From Anolis carolinensis (taxonomy: Eukaryota), in the NCBI RefSeq assembly GCF_035594765.1, contig NC_085843.1, positions 273,831,971-273,895,970 of the forward strand: DNA of 64,000 nt, written 5' to 3'. A program made the position numbers and the translations under genes. Each line of letters begins with the position of its first letter. Position 1 is the first letter of the stretch. Shown here piece by piece: positions 37,593 through 51,033 of this stretch. The notes below the pieces were generated by a model. The model had not been told where the DNA came from. It made no database searches and saw only the letters and a program-made list of their open reading frames with translations.

Positions 37593-38812
37593 TTTTTATT
37601 TATTCATTTCATGTCAAAATAAGTTTTTAAATAAGTTTGAAAGTGATGAAATAAAGGAATTACAAGAAGCTAAATAGTTTTAGACCTAAAGCGGGCAACA
37701 GCAACTGGATTGTCTGTAGCTTTAAACAACTCTTCTTCTGTACATGAGGCAGGGCATTGTGGGCAAGCACACACATGCAGAGTTGTTTGTTCAGCTCCAC
37801 AGTCACACAAGGTGGAGGATTCCTTCAGGTAGTGCCATCTTGCCAGGTTGTCCTTTGCCCACTCTGCTTCTGAGTCTGTTCAGGGACTTCCAAGTTGTTC
37901 ATTCTTCATTTGCCCCTGGAAGCAGACCCTCATGGGGGGCCACCCAGTTGGGATTGCCTTGTTTAGCTGCCCAGAGGGACACTCTTGCTGTTGCTGGAGG
38001 AACATTAAGAGAAGTGGTGGTTCTCATGAAGCTTTTCCTTGATTTGTGTCTATTGGGAGGAGACTGATAGTCATGCAGTGAGTGGCTTTCACAGGATTCA
38101 ACCTTATTTCTCTCACAGTTAGCAGCAACATCTTGTCGTACATTGGGGGGGGAGCAATGCCAGCTAGCTTGTAGAGTTTATTAACAGGTGTAGGTTTAAG
38201 GCATCCTGTGATTATTCTGCATGTTTCGTTCAGTGCTATGTTCACCTGCTTCACATGGACAGACCTGTGCCAGATAGGACAGGCATACTCAACAGTTGAG
38301 TAAACAAGACCAGGGCTGATGTTCTTATTACTTTTGGGTTTGCACCCCACCCCATGCGCTGCCAGTAAGTTTCTGCAGGATGTTATTGTGCTTGGTATTC
38401 ATACAGTGTTTCCTAAATGTTAGTGTTCAATCTAAGACGACACCAAGATAGTTAGGATGGAAACAGTTTTTGAGCTATTGGCCTTCCCAAGTAACTTTCA
38501 GTTTCCTGTTGGCTCCGCGGTTACATAGGTGGAAAGCACATACTTATGTCTTGGCAGGGTTAGGCTTCAGGTGGTTCTCTTTGTAGTAGCTGGAGAGATC
38601 TTTCAAGGCATTAGTGAGTTGGTTTTCAACTGTTCCAAAGTCTTTTGATTGCATTGTTAGGCCAAAGTCATCAGTATATATAAAGCTCTTTGTGAGTGGT
38701 GGTGGTAACTGATCATTCATAAAGATGTTAAACAAAGTCGATGCAAGAACGCTGCCTTGGGGTAAACCATTCTTTTGCCTCCTCCATCTACTTTCCCTGC
38801 CCTGAAACTCCA
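37593..38812 (-). mobile_element. 5'-truncated Vingi/Ingi-like non-LTR retrotransposon, degraded RT
   Basis: Peptides KNGLPQGSVLASTLFNIF, FIYTDD and EYACPIW...ALNETCRIITGCLKPTP across frameshifts. 3' end tgacatgaaatgaataaataaa. Confidence 0.8.
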
Positions 38813-39227
38813 CATAGTAGCTGCGGTTTCAGCTTCTAGCAATTACAGAACAGGTTCTTTTCAACCACATATGTTCACTGTGTTATTCAGTTTAGAGATT
38901 AACATAGGTTCACTAGCAGATATTTTCACTATGGTGGAGTGGTGTAGAACTCAGTCATTAGTCCCTGTGTGTCTGCTACAAAACTGACTAGATAAATCTG
39001 GGATAACATAATAAATGATATCTGAGCCTACCCAAAGTCAATCGGCATCAATTCAATTGGGCTACCTAATCAAGCCAGTCTTAGGAACTCCACAGGTATA
39101 GAAAGAAAAGAACTCAGTAACAAATCTCATTTTAAATTACAAATTAACATATATATTACAGTTTCAGGACAAGAGAGTGGGGCTTGTAATATATCCAGGG
39201 AATTACAAACCGCCTAAATTTGTATTA

Positions 39228-39557
39228 GGTTAAGGTAAAGGTTTTCCCCTGACAGTAAGTCTAGTCATGTCCGACTCTGGGGGCTGGTGCTCATCTCCAT
39301 TTCTAAGCCAAGGAGACGTTGTTTTCCATAGGCACTCCAAGGTCATGTGGCCAACATGACTACATGGAACATTGTTACCTTCCCACCGGAGCGGTACCTA
39401 TTGATCTACTTTCATTCGAATGTTTTCAAACTCTAGGTTGGCAGAAGCTGGGGCTAACAGCGAGAGCTTACCCCACTGCCCAAATTCGAACTGCCGATCG
39501 TTCAGTTAACAAGTTCAGCAGCTCAGCGGTTTAATCTGCTGCACCACCGCGGGCTCC
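39228..39557 (-). mobile_element. Sauria SINE
   Basis: Full-length reverse copy: ggagcccgcggtgg head and (ACCTT/ACCTTT)n tail. Confidence 0.92.
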
Positions 39558-39576
39558 AAATTAACTCACTAATTTG

Positions 39577-39785
39577 GGAGCCAGCAGGGTATAGTGGTTT
39601 GAGCATTGGACTACAACTCTTGGAAACTTGGGTTCAAATCCCCACTCAACCATAAAACCCACCAAGTGACCATGGGCAAGTAATACTCTCTCAGCCTTAG
39701 AAGAAAGCAATGGCTAACCTCTTGATGGGTTCATACTAGGGTCACTATACGTGGAAAACCACTTGCAGGCTCACAACAGCAACAA
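39577..39785 (+). mobile_element. tRNA-derived SINE with RTE-type tail
   Basis: ggagccagcagggtatagtgg A box, ggttcaaatcc B box, tail cacaacagcaacaa. Confidence 0.75.
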
Positions 39786-40019
39786 AACTATGTTCAGAAT
39801 CTACATGTTTCTTTTTTTCAAATAAGGTGTAAATGGCATTTGGGCTGGAAGATGCATAAGCCTATGAGACGCCAATCTTGTCATAGAAATGGCCTCCCAC
39901 TTTGAACTGCAAGTTGTTAAGTTGCAAGCCACTTACACAATTAGTAAGTATGTCTGTCATGCAGGTAGTAGCTTCCAGATTTAAAACCGTGAATCTGATC
40001 TAAACTTTTTTTTAAACTC

Positions 40020-40330
40020 CATCTAAGGTAATGTCCACAGTATCCATAGAACTTTTCCCAAGCATCAGATTTTAAGTGAGTTGATTTTCTTCCTATCACT
40101 CTTCACTGTCCAACCTTCACAGCCATACATAGAAATTGGAATACAATGGCATGGATGATTTTGACTTTAGTAGTCAATGAAATATCTTGCTACTCTTCCA
40201 TATCCTAGTCCTCTTCTGATTTCTTGACTGCAGACTTCATTCTGATTAATGATAGAGCCAAGATATGAAAAATCTTGGACTATTTCAATTGTCTTCATTG
40301 TCTACTTTAAAGTAATATGAATGAACCCTC
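40020..40330 (-). mobile_element. RTE LINE internal fragment, degraded
   Basis: Decayed RTE RT C-terminal sequence in reverse (ttcactgtccaaccttcacagccatacat). Confidence 0.6.
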
Positions 40331-42029
40331 CATGGTTATTATTTTTTCTGAATATCCAACTGGCCCTTTCTTCTGCTAAAAATTATAACTAAAACCCAGC
40401 TTCACATCTTGCATCTTTATCATTTCCCTTCTCATGTCTTTCTTATGTATTATACCCAGAAAGCACATTCTGTATCTGTCTTGCTTTGTTTTTAGATGCG
40501 GAGCCTAGTTAATACAGACAACCTAGATATTACAGAGCTCTCCCCAGTCACCAGGATTTTCCTGTATCGGCACTATACAGCAGGGGCTGTCATCTCCATA
40601 TGATGAAGGCTTCATCATATGGGGAGCTACTGAAATGTTACTTTGTCACCACCTATTATGTTCTCCCTTTTTGCTGAATGGTACACATATACATCCACTC
40701 CAGAGCTGTTATGCCCTCCCTAGCAGGACTCCAATATGGGCAGCAAAGTCATCTCAGCATATTTTATGTATTCATCATCAATACATGACCATTTATTATT
40801 TAGGACTGATTTACTACTGTTTACTCTTCACTGCATCTGGAGCTCAGGAGTTCCTAACAATAATGGTACCTGAGCATCTGCAAACAGCTTTCCCCATCAC
40901 TGTAATCAACCACAAGGCCAAGCAAAGGAAGAAAGTAGCAGCCAGGTTGTATAGTGTGGACACTGACACCCTCTACATGTTGTTCAACTTCAGTCAGCAC
41001 TACAGCTATTGTTGCACTTTGAGTCTCATCAGCCCCATCTTTATAGGGCAATGGATAGTAGTCTTGTGCATTTGTATAAAATCGCTACCCGTTTCTGTTT
41101 GTTCCATTCATATGGCCCCATTTCTGTGTCTGTCTGCCGCTTTTGAAACTGGTGCCCATACGAATGAGCTCTTTGTTTCACCATCCGAATATACAAATGC
41201 ATTTGTCTCATTGGTGGCAATGGGCGGGCTGCTCAGGCTCCCCTTCCACTCGGTTTTAGGGCTAGAGGGGTGAAAATCACCACACATGAAGGGCATATCT
41301 ACCACTTTTAGCCCTCCAAGGTGTGGCTCATCCCCCAAATTTTAGAGATTTTTTAAAATTTTCTATAAATAAAATCTCCTTAAAAACATTTCCTCTTTCC
41401 CCACTGGTCCCGCCCTTTAATTTAAGGGCTTAAGATACCAATGATTCTGAGACAATCTGTAGAGGAGAACTGAGGTTAAAGACAGGGTTCAAGGTACCAC
41501 TGATTCTGAGAGATTTTCCTCTCGATATGCTGAGGAGACCTGAGGTTAAAGAATAAGCAGGCTGCAAGGCAGGCACTGAGGCAGGCAAGAGGCAACAAAC
41601 GCAACAGGCAAAGCAGTAGCACCACCACCCAGCAGCTAAGAAGGACGCAACCGCAATGAGTTCTTTGGGGACGTTCACCTCATTAAATGTTCAGTTCCTC
41701 TGACTGGCCAAAACTGGCTCAGAAAACCAGGAAATGCTCCCAGGAACACTCAAGGAGTGCTACGTGGAATGAACAGCAGCAAAGCAAACGGTTTTGTGCT
41801 GCTTTCATTTTCATTTCATTGCTTCATCCGTGTAGGGAGGCATCTGCCGTACGATGCCATACAAATGAACAACATGGTACAAAAGCACAGATGAAACATA
41901 TGAAACTAATACCGGGCCCTACTCTAATGAATAGAGGTGGTAAGAATTGCAGTACAACAGAATGAGGCTCCTGAAACCTTATCACTTTGGATAAATTCCC
42001 CATCTCTCTAATGAATTATGCTCTGAAGA

Positions 42030-42275
42030 CTAAAACATGGAGGAAGCAAACTGCAGGAAATAAGATTCCATCTAAACATTAGGGAAAAAATCTTGATGGC
42101 AAGAGCTGTTTGACTGTAGAAACACTGCCTTGGAGTTTGGAGGAGTCTCCTTCTCTTTAGGATTTTATTCAGAAGCTGGATGGCCATGTGTTAAGAGTGC
42201 TTTGATTGTGTATTTCTGCATAGCAAAATGGGAGTGGGCTGGGTGACCCTGGTGATGCCTTCCAATTCTATGCTT
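42030..42275 (+). mobile_element. Old CR1 3' end
   Basis: gattccatctaaacattagg...gctggatggccat...cttccaattctatg. Confidence 0.8.
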
Positions 42276-43728
42276 GACTTAGCCAGAGTTAAAGAATGCC
42301 TCTGCAGGCATTCACCTCTATTTATAACCAGACCTGTAAGTATTCCTCATGCAAACTTTGCATCATTCATCAGCACTTTCTTTGTAACAATTATTGCACC
42401 TCTTAGTGTATTTTCTATATAGTTTCACTTCTTCCATTGCATAGATTAGCATGTAAAATATGGCTTGACTACGGGGGGTGAGCTAAAAATAAAAAAGTTT
42501 TCTGTTTTGGTTTCTGACAATGAATGGAACCTTTTTTCTTAGTATGCCATCAAGAACTTTATGGAGGAGGCAGGATTTTCTTCAAGCTATGAAACTTGCC
42601 CTTCAGGAGGTCCAATTCATAAATCCTCTCACACAACCTGATTTGCTTTTGTTCTTTCCCTCCCACATTTTTCTCCCTCTCACTTTCCCATATGTTTATC
42701 CCAGACTGATAACTAGGTAGAATGGGAAAACAGGGAAAAAGAAAATGACTTTGGATTTTAATGAGCTCTCGAAACAACGTGTGTACTGTGCAGAGTGGCA
42801 GAAAAAGGTACACCTTCTTTGAAGGAATTCTACCACCAAACAGGAGAATGTTTATCACACGGGCAACAGCTGGGATAAGCACAGTGTTGAAGTATATAAA
42901 TAACTGCTGTCACCTTTTGCTGCTTTCCCCAAATAGCAACAATCTGCTGAGACAGAAAGAAATAAGGGTGTTGGGGATGAAATTGTGCATAAACTCGGGG
43001 TTTTTTAAAGGGTTTTTTAAAAAGTCTCTTTTCTCCAGAGGACAAAAAAGGAGGGAAGATGTCAATAATTCTGGTTGCTCCTCTCCCTGTATTAATACAT
43101 CAGTGTCATTGCATGCCAGAATCCAAAATTCAACCATTATTTTCTTTTCTTTTTTACTTTTGTTCTTCTTGTTTCAAAATGAGGATCTAGTGGCATCATA
43201 ATGCCAGAATCCACACAGAGACACTGGAAAGTGCATGACTTGGGTATTATGGTGTCCTGACGGTGTTTGGCATGCTGCAGATTGACATTTCCAACCACTC
43301 CTGCCAGAGGTCTCCAGTGTGACAATCTGAACCCGGACACCTGTCACAACTCCTTCTCAAGCTGTACTTCAGTAATAGAGCGGGGTTGGAAACATCATCC
43401 TACAGCACCCTGGACACCAGCAGAACAGACCTTCATTGTTCAGGGTATCTACTGGTTGTTACGGCACACTTAGGGGGTCCAGTCAGAAGATGATACATAG
43501 TTATACATTTGTAATGATATCTTTAATAGTGCATTTGCTAAATTGCAGAGGAAAATAAGGCCTTTATCCCTTGTAGCTTAGTGTTACCTACTAACAGGCT
43601 GTGAGTCTTCAGAATTTCAGTTTTTTACCCTGCCCACCTGATATCCCTTAATCTGTTGTTTTATATTGGTTAAATTGGTTAGACTGATTTAATTTTATGT
43701 CTTCCTAAAATAATGCGATACAGGGTGG

Positions 43729-43808
43729 GATAGACAGACAGACAGAGATAGAAATAGAGATAGTGATAGAGATAGAGATAGAGATAGAGATGATAGAGAT
43801 AGATAGAA
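43729..43808. repeat. (GACA)n/(GAGATA)n/(GATA)n microsatellite
   Basis: Read directly from the sequence. Confidence 0.9.
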
Positions 43809-44332
43809 TACAGGGGAGCATTATATTACTTGAATTATATTACTGTATTACTATAGCTGCAAACATTTGGGTGCACATCTACTAAATTACTCCAGGTTTC
43901 TTCTTTAAAAAAGTTACATGCTTGTCAGTCAATCCCATGTATGACAAATAATTATTTGTACGCAATGTATATTGGGAAAGAAATTGTGTAAGGAGCCAAT
44001 GAATACATCAGTATTTTCTGTATTTTGAGAGATGCTTGCTGACAAGTCATGAATGAGAATTATGCATGAGAGACTCCAACTTACATTTCTTTACCCTCTC
44101 GCCCCTAGTCATACAATGAAACACAACAATTGAGTCGCATTACAGGTTCTGAACCCTTTTCTTCTATTATATTGACCATCCCTGAAGAACAGTGACATTC
44201 TGATGAATGCCGGGTCTCGAAATCAAGATGGGGGTCATTCCTCCCCTGGGCAAACACATGAAATACAGGGGAAAGCAATTTATGGAGGTCTTTTCCTTTG
44301 ATACTGTGGAACACAGGGCTGTCCTTTTCCTC

Positions 44333-44353
44333 TTCAGCACCAAGGACAAGGAA
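44333..44353 (+). promoter_or_regulatory. RE1/NRSE site candidate
   Basis: TTCAGCACCAAGGACAA: 16 of 17 core positions match. Confidence 0.5.
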
Positions 44354-44464
44354 TCTCAAGGCATAGGAAAAGGATTGTAAAGAATGAATTTTTAGAGCAT
44401 AAATCAAGTGGAGGACTTTTGCAGATGTTAATGAACTATAATTCATACTAATCCTGAGGTCAGA

Positions 44465-44610
44465 ATTAGGTGAGCTTAGGCAAGTCACACTCTTTCAGCC
44501 TCTGAGGGAAACAAAGCCAAACCACCTCTGAATAAATCTTGCCAAGAAAATCCCATGATAGGTTTCCCTTAGGGTAAATCAAAAATGTTCTGAAAATGCA
44601 TGACAACAAA
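44465..44610 (+). mobile_element. Partial SINE with RTE-type tail
   Basis: ggcaagtcacactct...aaatcttgccaagaaaatcccatgatagg. Confidence 0.7.
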
Positions 44611-47115
44611 AGACCATGAGCCCATTAGATTGATTGCACAATGCGAAGTCTGTACAGAGGTAAATATAATTAATTTGGTGCGTTGGTGCCTTCCAATGTT
44701 TAAAATTGCCCTCTTTGCTCATTACAAGGTAGTCTGCAGAAACAATTTTGTTACATCGAGCTTCTGAAAAGTCCAAATATTCAACTATTGTGTGCCACTA
44801 CTATTCTTATTAGTTCTCTTTAGATGGTTCAGAGGTTTTCAGCATGTTTTTTCCCCATGGAAGCTGGTAACATCCATACCAGAGCAGCAATAAATCCACT
44901 CCGGGATCTAATCCATAACTTTCAGGTGCTATGCAAGGTGCTGAAACATTGTCCCCACCTTTAAAAAAAACACATGTTCAGCACTTTGGATAGGTCATTC
45001 AAAGTTTGAACAAAAATCCAGAGTGTGCACACTACCCTACTAACTAGGAAGCTAACAGTGGTGTTGGTGATTCTGTGATTTAGTTTTTCCTATCTCATAG
45101 TCTATATTTCATAACTTTATGAATCTGTAGCATGGTGTAGTGATTGAGTGTTTGCCTGTTGCTGTGCAGCAGATACGTTATAGCATCACCTCTGCCCCTG
45201 GGTGAACTGCAAACTATTCAATTCCACTTAGCACACATGGGAGGCCATTTATAAAAATATAAATCCCAAGCAAAATGCTAGTCCATGTTATTACCTTGCA
45301 TTGCTTCCATTATTGTTTTTTTTAAAAAAAAACTCCTAGAATGTTTAATTGGATAGGCCTGCTACAAATGCTGAAAGCTAAATAGAGATATAGTCCAATA
45401 AGAATAGTCTTCATTGCCTAAAACCTACAAAACCTATAGTTAGCATCACTGTTGCTTATGGCAGGTTTGTAATTTCCTCTCTTAGCCCCTCCCCACATAC
45501 ACACACAAAATAATATTAAAACCAAAACATTAGGAGTCTGATACATGGGGAGGCAGTGGATTTCTGAGTGGCACAGAAGTCCCAGAAGAACTCTGTTGCC
45601 AGGGGCAAGTGCATTTTACATGTCTCAAATTGCTGTCTAGCACGTGCCAAAAAATCATCCTCTGTGTTACAATATGGAAAGGTCAGTCAAGTGCAGACAG
45701 GTGCAAGAGTCGCACAGAAGGAAGCTGACAATGAAGGTTAGCTAGTTAAATGTCACCGCTAAAGGGGGGAAATGCAGGCTGTTACAGATATACCGTTTGT
45801 TGATGCTTTCCCCTGAGTCTGATGGCTGCACCAACTTGAGTGAGTTATGCACTGGGCCAAGACCACACAGTCACATGTCATGTTCTGGGGCAAGAAATTG
45901 GGCATCCTTTACAACATGGAAATAGAACTTGGCTGAGGTGCTACTTTGAGTTTGAAGGGTAATTTTACACTCATGGAGTTATGTGGTAGACACGCAACAC
46001 AGACTCACAAATGCATCACAAAATTATACATGAAACTCAGCATGTAGATCTGTGCATCCAGTGTATTATGTGCAATGCACATCTGTAAGTGCAATGCTCA
46101 ATGCATTGTGACATTTCATGTGTAAATCTGCTTTTGCGATCTTGAACTGAATGCAGAAAGTCTACACTGGGTACAAATGTCCAGGCGCTTCCATAAGGAA
46201 ACACACACATGTGTAAGACATCACCAAGACTGCAGACAATGTTTGATGACCACCTGTGGATTAATGAACCAGACACAAAGTTTGGGCTGAATAAGGGCCA
46301 CTTTATTTAATCTGTATCCTATTTAACTTGTTTGGAGCTGAAATGAGCAGAGCAGTGAAGGAGAGCAATCTGAAAGAGGTCAGCTCAGGCAAAATGTCTA
46401 CCCCTGAAACAACTCCCACAGATTTTCCTGGGGTGAAGAACTCCAGTTCCAAAGATAGCACAATATCTGGATTACTTCTCAACCAGACATTTATTAAAAT
46501 GTAAATCTAGGGAACTCTCACCAAAATTGCAGGACCCTATAAGTGAGAGTGAAATCTTTAGGTCTGCCTAAAGGGTAGACCCCTTACCAACACTTCAAGC
46601 TTTAAGGCTTCTGGGGGCCTTTTCAGAACTGTACCTACACTAAATTGCGAATCCATTATGGAATTGTGAGGCAACACATCAGTAAATGTGATTTGATGAT
46701 GATGGTGGTGATGAAGAGGAACTTTGTTTATATTTTATTCACTATTTATTTAGTTTGTATCCTGTCTTTTTCCCAAAGCTGGGATTTAAGGCCGTTTACA
46801 GATTAACAGAGATCAAGATTAAAATGGAATTAAAGTATTAAGTACCACTAAATATACTAAAAATAATTTAAACATATAATAAAAAGGTTTAAAATGCAGT
46901 TCAAAGTAGTGCAGCTAAATCAATACAGCACACTTGGGTGGCATCCCATTAGTTTCCTTTTGGTAAATTAACTTATGACCTTCTAGCTGTTTCCTATTCA
47001 TGTTTTTAGAAATAGTCACAGCATTGCCACAATCATAAATCTTACCACATCTATCTTAAAAATAAACTAACTGCACCCCTCTCCTGCCAGAAATCAGTAA
47101 TGTGCTGAAGACTCA

Positions 47116-47245
47116 GGTCCCTTCCACACAACCATATAACCCAGAATATCAAGACAGATAATCCACAATATCTGCTTTGAACTGGGTTATCTGAGCCACA
47201 CAATCCAGTTCAATGGGGATTTTATACAGCTGTGTGGAAGGGGCC
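47116..47245. mobile_element. PIF/Harbinger-type MITE, internally deleted
   Basis: TIRs ggtcccttccacaca / tgtgtggaaggggcc and 3-bp TSD TCA. Confidence 0.8.
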
Positions 47246-47570
47246 TCAGAAAGAAGTTTCACATACCCACTAACATCCTCTGCAGGTGGTGGGATTGGAA
47301 AAAGGGCCTCTTCTAAAGGCCTCAAGCCTCGGGAAGGCCCATATGGACATAGGACTTTATCTCATGAGGCAGGCAAATTGGCATTTCAGCTGGGCCATTA
47401 CCAATGAGGATGGTCCCTATTGCAGTAAGCCATGTGAGTCCCAATGCCAGCATGCTTCCTTTCAGGGACTCCCCCTTCCCTATACAGATCCTGTAATGTT
47501 TCCAACATCTATCTTGGTGCAAGGGATCCCTTCCACTTCTGTGTCAATATGCCAACAGTAAAGTGATGTT

Positions 47571-47889
47571 GGAGCCCGGGTGGCGAAGTGCGTTAAAGCA
47601 CTGAGCTGGAGACCGAAAGGACCCAGGTTCACACCCCGAGAGTTGCGTGAGCGGCCGCTGTTAGCTCCAGCTCCTGCCAACCTAGCAGTTTGAAAACATG
47701 CCAATGTGGATAGATCAATAGGTACCACTCTGGCGAGAAAGTAACGGCACTCCATGTAGTCATGCCGGCCACATGACCTTGGAGGTGTCTACGGACAATA
47801 CCGGCTCTTTGGCTTAGAAATGGAGATGAGCACCAACCCCCAGAGTCGGTCACGACTGGACTTAACGTCAGGGGAAACCTTTACCTTTT
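47571..47889 (+). mobile_element. Sauria SINE
   Basis: ggagcccgggtggcg head, tail aaacctttaccttt, TSD TAAAGTGATGT (47559-69, 47890-900). Confidence 0.95.
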
Positions 47890-48237
47890 TAAAGTGATGT
47901 CAGGATTCTCCTCTCCCCCCCCCCCCATTCCTCCTTGCTATTCTCAAGCTTGCCATTTTCCTTTTACAGGGGGTCTTCAAGTTACTAACAAGATAGGTTC
48001 TGTAGGTTTGTTCTTAAGTTGAATTTGCATGTAAGTCAGAACAGGTCAATTTTTAAAAAAATTAAAGAACAGCAGTGGTGTGTGAAGACAAGGTTCTGAT
48101 GACATGCAGAAGTACATTAGAGGAACCACAAATTGGCAAATTCATGTAATTGTGTGATTGAAGAGAAATGCAATATCAAAGGTGCACAATCCAATATGTA
48201 TTTGCTAACCAATGATAGCACAAGTTTAGTAGAATAG

Positions 48238-48511
48238 GTTTGTTTTTTTTGTGTCAGGAGCAACCGGAGTTGCTTCTGGAGTGAGAGAATTGGCCATCTG
48301 CAAGGACGTTGCCCAGGGGACGCCCGGATGTTTTTTTGATGTTTTTACCATCCTTGTGGGAGGCTTCTCTCATGTCCCCGCATGGAGCTGGAGCTGATAG
48401 AGGGAGCTCATCCGCACTCTCCCCGGGTGGGATTCGAACCTGGCAGCCTTCAGGTCAGCAACCCAACCTTCAAGTCACGAGGCTTTTATCCCCTAGGCCA
48501 TAGGAGGCTCC
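48238..48511 (-). mobile_element. tRNA-derived SINE with Vingi-like 3' end
   Basis: Minus strand A box TGGCCTAGGGG, B box GGTTCGAATCC, ends ctgacacaaaaaaa. 10-bp TSD AGTAGAATAG. Confidence 0.85.
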
Positions 48512-49452
48512 AGTAGAATAGTAGATTCATGCGATAAAGTCCATAGTCTTTCAAGTTTGATTCACTTGATGCCTCTAGTTGGTACTATCCAATAGAATTT
48601 GGGTAATTCACTCAATTGTTAGATAATAACATAACGTATAGGCAAATCACATTGATTCATCAGGTCTACTCTACTAGGGACCAACAAGGATTTAAGCCAT
48701 AATCTTAGGTGTTTCATCCTTTGGTTGATTTTAGAATGATCAGAATGATTAATCACTAATCATTTTTTAATATCAGATGGAAGTCTGTGCAGCAGGTTAC
48801 ACAAACCAATGGAAGCTGCTGGCTCTTATCATCAAGAGGTGATGGATCGGTCTGAGTTTTTGTGTGACATAGTTTTAAAGAGTTAACTAAGGGACTGGAT
48901 TTTATTTCACATTAGATTTCAATACACTGGATAGCTCTTTTAATGTTCAGACTACAATTCAGAGCAGCTATCCAGTCCACTGAAAGGAAATGAAAAGTCA
49001 CTACTGATAATCATGCAAACATTAACTGGTGACATTGTTGGGAAGCAAAAAAATGCAATTCATCCTGGAGCAGTTGTCACAGCAAGCAGTTACAGTAGTG
49101 CCAGCCCAATCTACTCTGTGCCAAACGTCATTAAAAATAAATTGAAACCAATTTTTCTTCTAACCTGCATCTAAAGCAAAAATATAACTTTACACTGTTC
49201 ATACTTTAAAAGGAACTGTGCCTCTTACATGACATCTTCTTATTTAAAAACTATGCTTTTCTCATAGTTGGAAGGGAGGCAAGAGCACCAGTTTTAACTG
49301 CCTGCTAGTATGGGAACCCACATTTAAAGCATCACTGAAAGAGGATCATGCAATTTCCCTTTAAAAACCTGCTGTAAAGGAGAATCTATCATTCTCTGAG
49401 GCGGTCTGCTTCAGTGTCAAACACTGCATTGTAAGACAGACAAATTTTAGAG

Positions 49453-49821
49453 CAGGCGTCCCCAATCTAAGGCCCATGGGCTGGGTGCAGCCCTCTAAGG
49501 CCATTGCCCCAGCCCTTGCCCTAAACTTTAGACTTAGTTGCCCTAAGTCTGAAATGACTTGAAGGCACATAACAACAATCCTAATTAGCTTGACTATTTC
49601 ATCAGCCAAAAGCATGCCCAGACCCACCGAAATACTGGTAAATTTATGTTATTCTTCATTTCAAATATTGTAGTGTTCTTTCAATTTTTTTTGCACTACG
49701 AATAAGATATGTGCAGTGTTCATAGGAATTGGTTGATGTTTCTTTCAAACTATAGTCCAGCCCACCAACAGTCTGAGGGATCGTTAGCTGGCCCGCTGCT
49801 TAAAAAGCTTGAGGACCCCTG
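49453..49821 (+). mobile_element. OC1-like non-autonomous hAT element (shorter, older relative of 22010)
   Basis: TIRs caggcgtccccaa / ttgaggacccctg and 8-bp TSD TTTTAGAG/CTTTAGAG. Confidence 0.88.
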
Positions 49822-49959
49822 CTTTAGAGAAATACATCCCAAAGTACCTCTGTCTCTTGGATAACACCAGAGCATGTCCTCCAGTCTTGAAATCTCAAAA
49901 CAAAAGCTCTACAATAAGATAGAGTAAGAAAACAGCCTAAGTTTTCAGACACTGTAGAC

Positions 49960-51033
49960 CAGAGGTTCTCAAAGCTGCGAAGCCCTTTTTGAAGTGAAAG
50001 TTTCTCGTGGAGCCCCAATAAATGTTTACATATTATATATTAAATTATATTTAATGTGTATATATCCAGCATGGACTGGGCCAGTGTCAGATGTATAGGG
50101 AGTGTTTGTATGAACTAATTTAGGTAAGGTAAGGTAAAGGTTTCCCCTGACGTTAAGTCCAGCCATGTCTGACTCTGGGGGTTGGTGCTCATCTCCATTT
50201 ATAAGCCGAAGAGCCAGCATTGTCCATAGACACCTCCAAGGTCATGTGGCCAGCATGACTGCATGGAGCGCCGTTACCTTCCCACCGGAGCGGTACCTGT
50301 TGATCTACTCACTTTGCCTTTTTTTCGAACTGCTAGATTGGCAGAAGCTGGAGCTAACAGCGGGTGCTCACTCTGCTCCCAGGATTTGAACCTGCGACCT
50401 TTCGGTCCGCAAGTTCAGCAGCTCAGTGCTTTAACACACTTCGCCACCGGGGCTCCTATGAATTAATTTACACAATCAAAAAAAGGGAAAGAAAGAACAA
50501 TACAATATTAAAAATGAAGGACAATTTCAACCAACATAAACTTAACAGAATTTCAGTGGAAGAGCCCTGGGGCCATCCGGTCAACCTCCTTCTGCCATGG
50601 AGGAAAAACACAATCAAAGTACCTCCAACAGATGGCCATCCAGCCTTTGTAATTATAATCATCATCTTCATCATCATCGCAGAAACCGCAGAGGCCACCC
50701 AGTCCAACCCCTTTCTGCCATGCAGGAAAAACACAATCAAAGCACCCTCTGAGTGTTGGGAGGAAAATAGGATTTTAGAAACAAAGAAAGCATGGTAAGA
50801 GAGTGGTCTGGGCAGCGAGAAAAGAGTCTCGGCAGTGAGAGAGGCAGCGGAGAAAGGGTCTGTGCGGAGGATGCTGCTGCTGCTGTTGCTGATTCCTGCA
50901 GCTCAAACTTTAATTTCCCTGGATTTATCGGGAGGAGGAAAGAGGAGGAGGCGAGAAGCAGCATGAGTTGTGGAGTCCTTCACTATCACCCACAGAGACC
51001 TCAGGGCTCCATGGAGCAGTTTGAGAACCCCTG
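49960..51033. mobile_element. Composite non-autonomous hAT element
   Basis: TIRs cagaggttctcaaa / tttgagaacccctg and perfect 8-bp TSD CTGTAGAC. Confidence 0.88.
50123..50456 (-). mobile_element. Sauria SINE nested in the hAT element
   Basis: Full-length copy with 14-bp TSD TATGAAYTAATTTA. Confidence 0.95.

Noticed and set aside
40635-41273. 212-aa ORF as a real protein
   Set aside because: No recognisable domain, composition like translated non-coding DNA, and no splice context.
47571-48511. tRNA genes
   Set aside because: The A/B boxes belong to SINE heads with TSDs and LINE-like tails, and there is no full cloverleaf.
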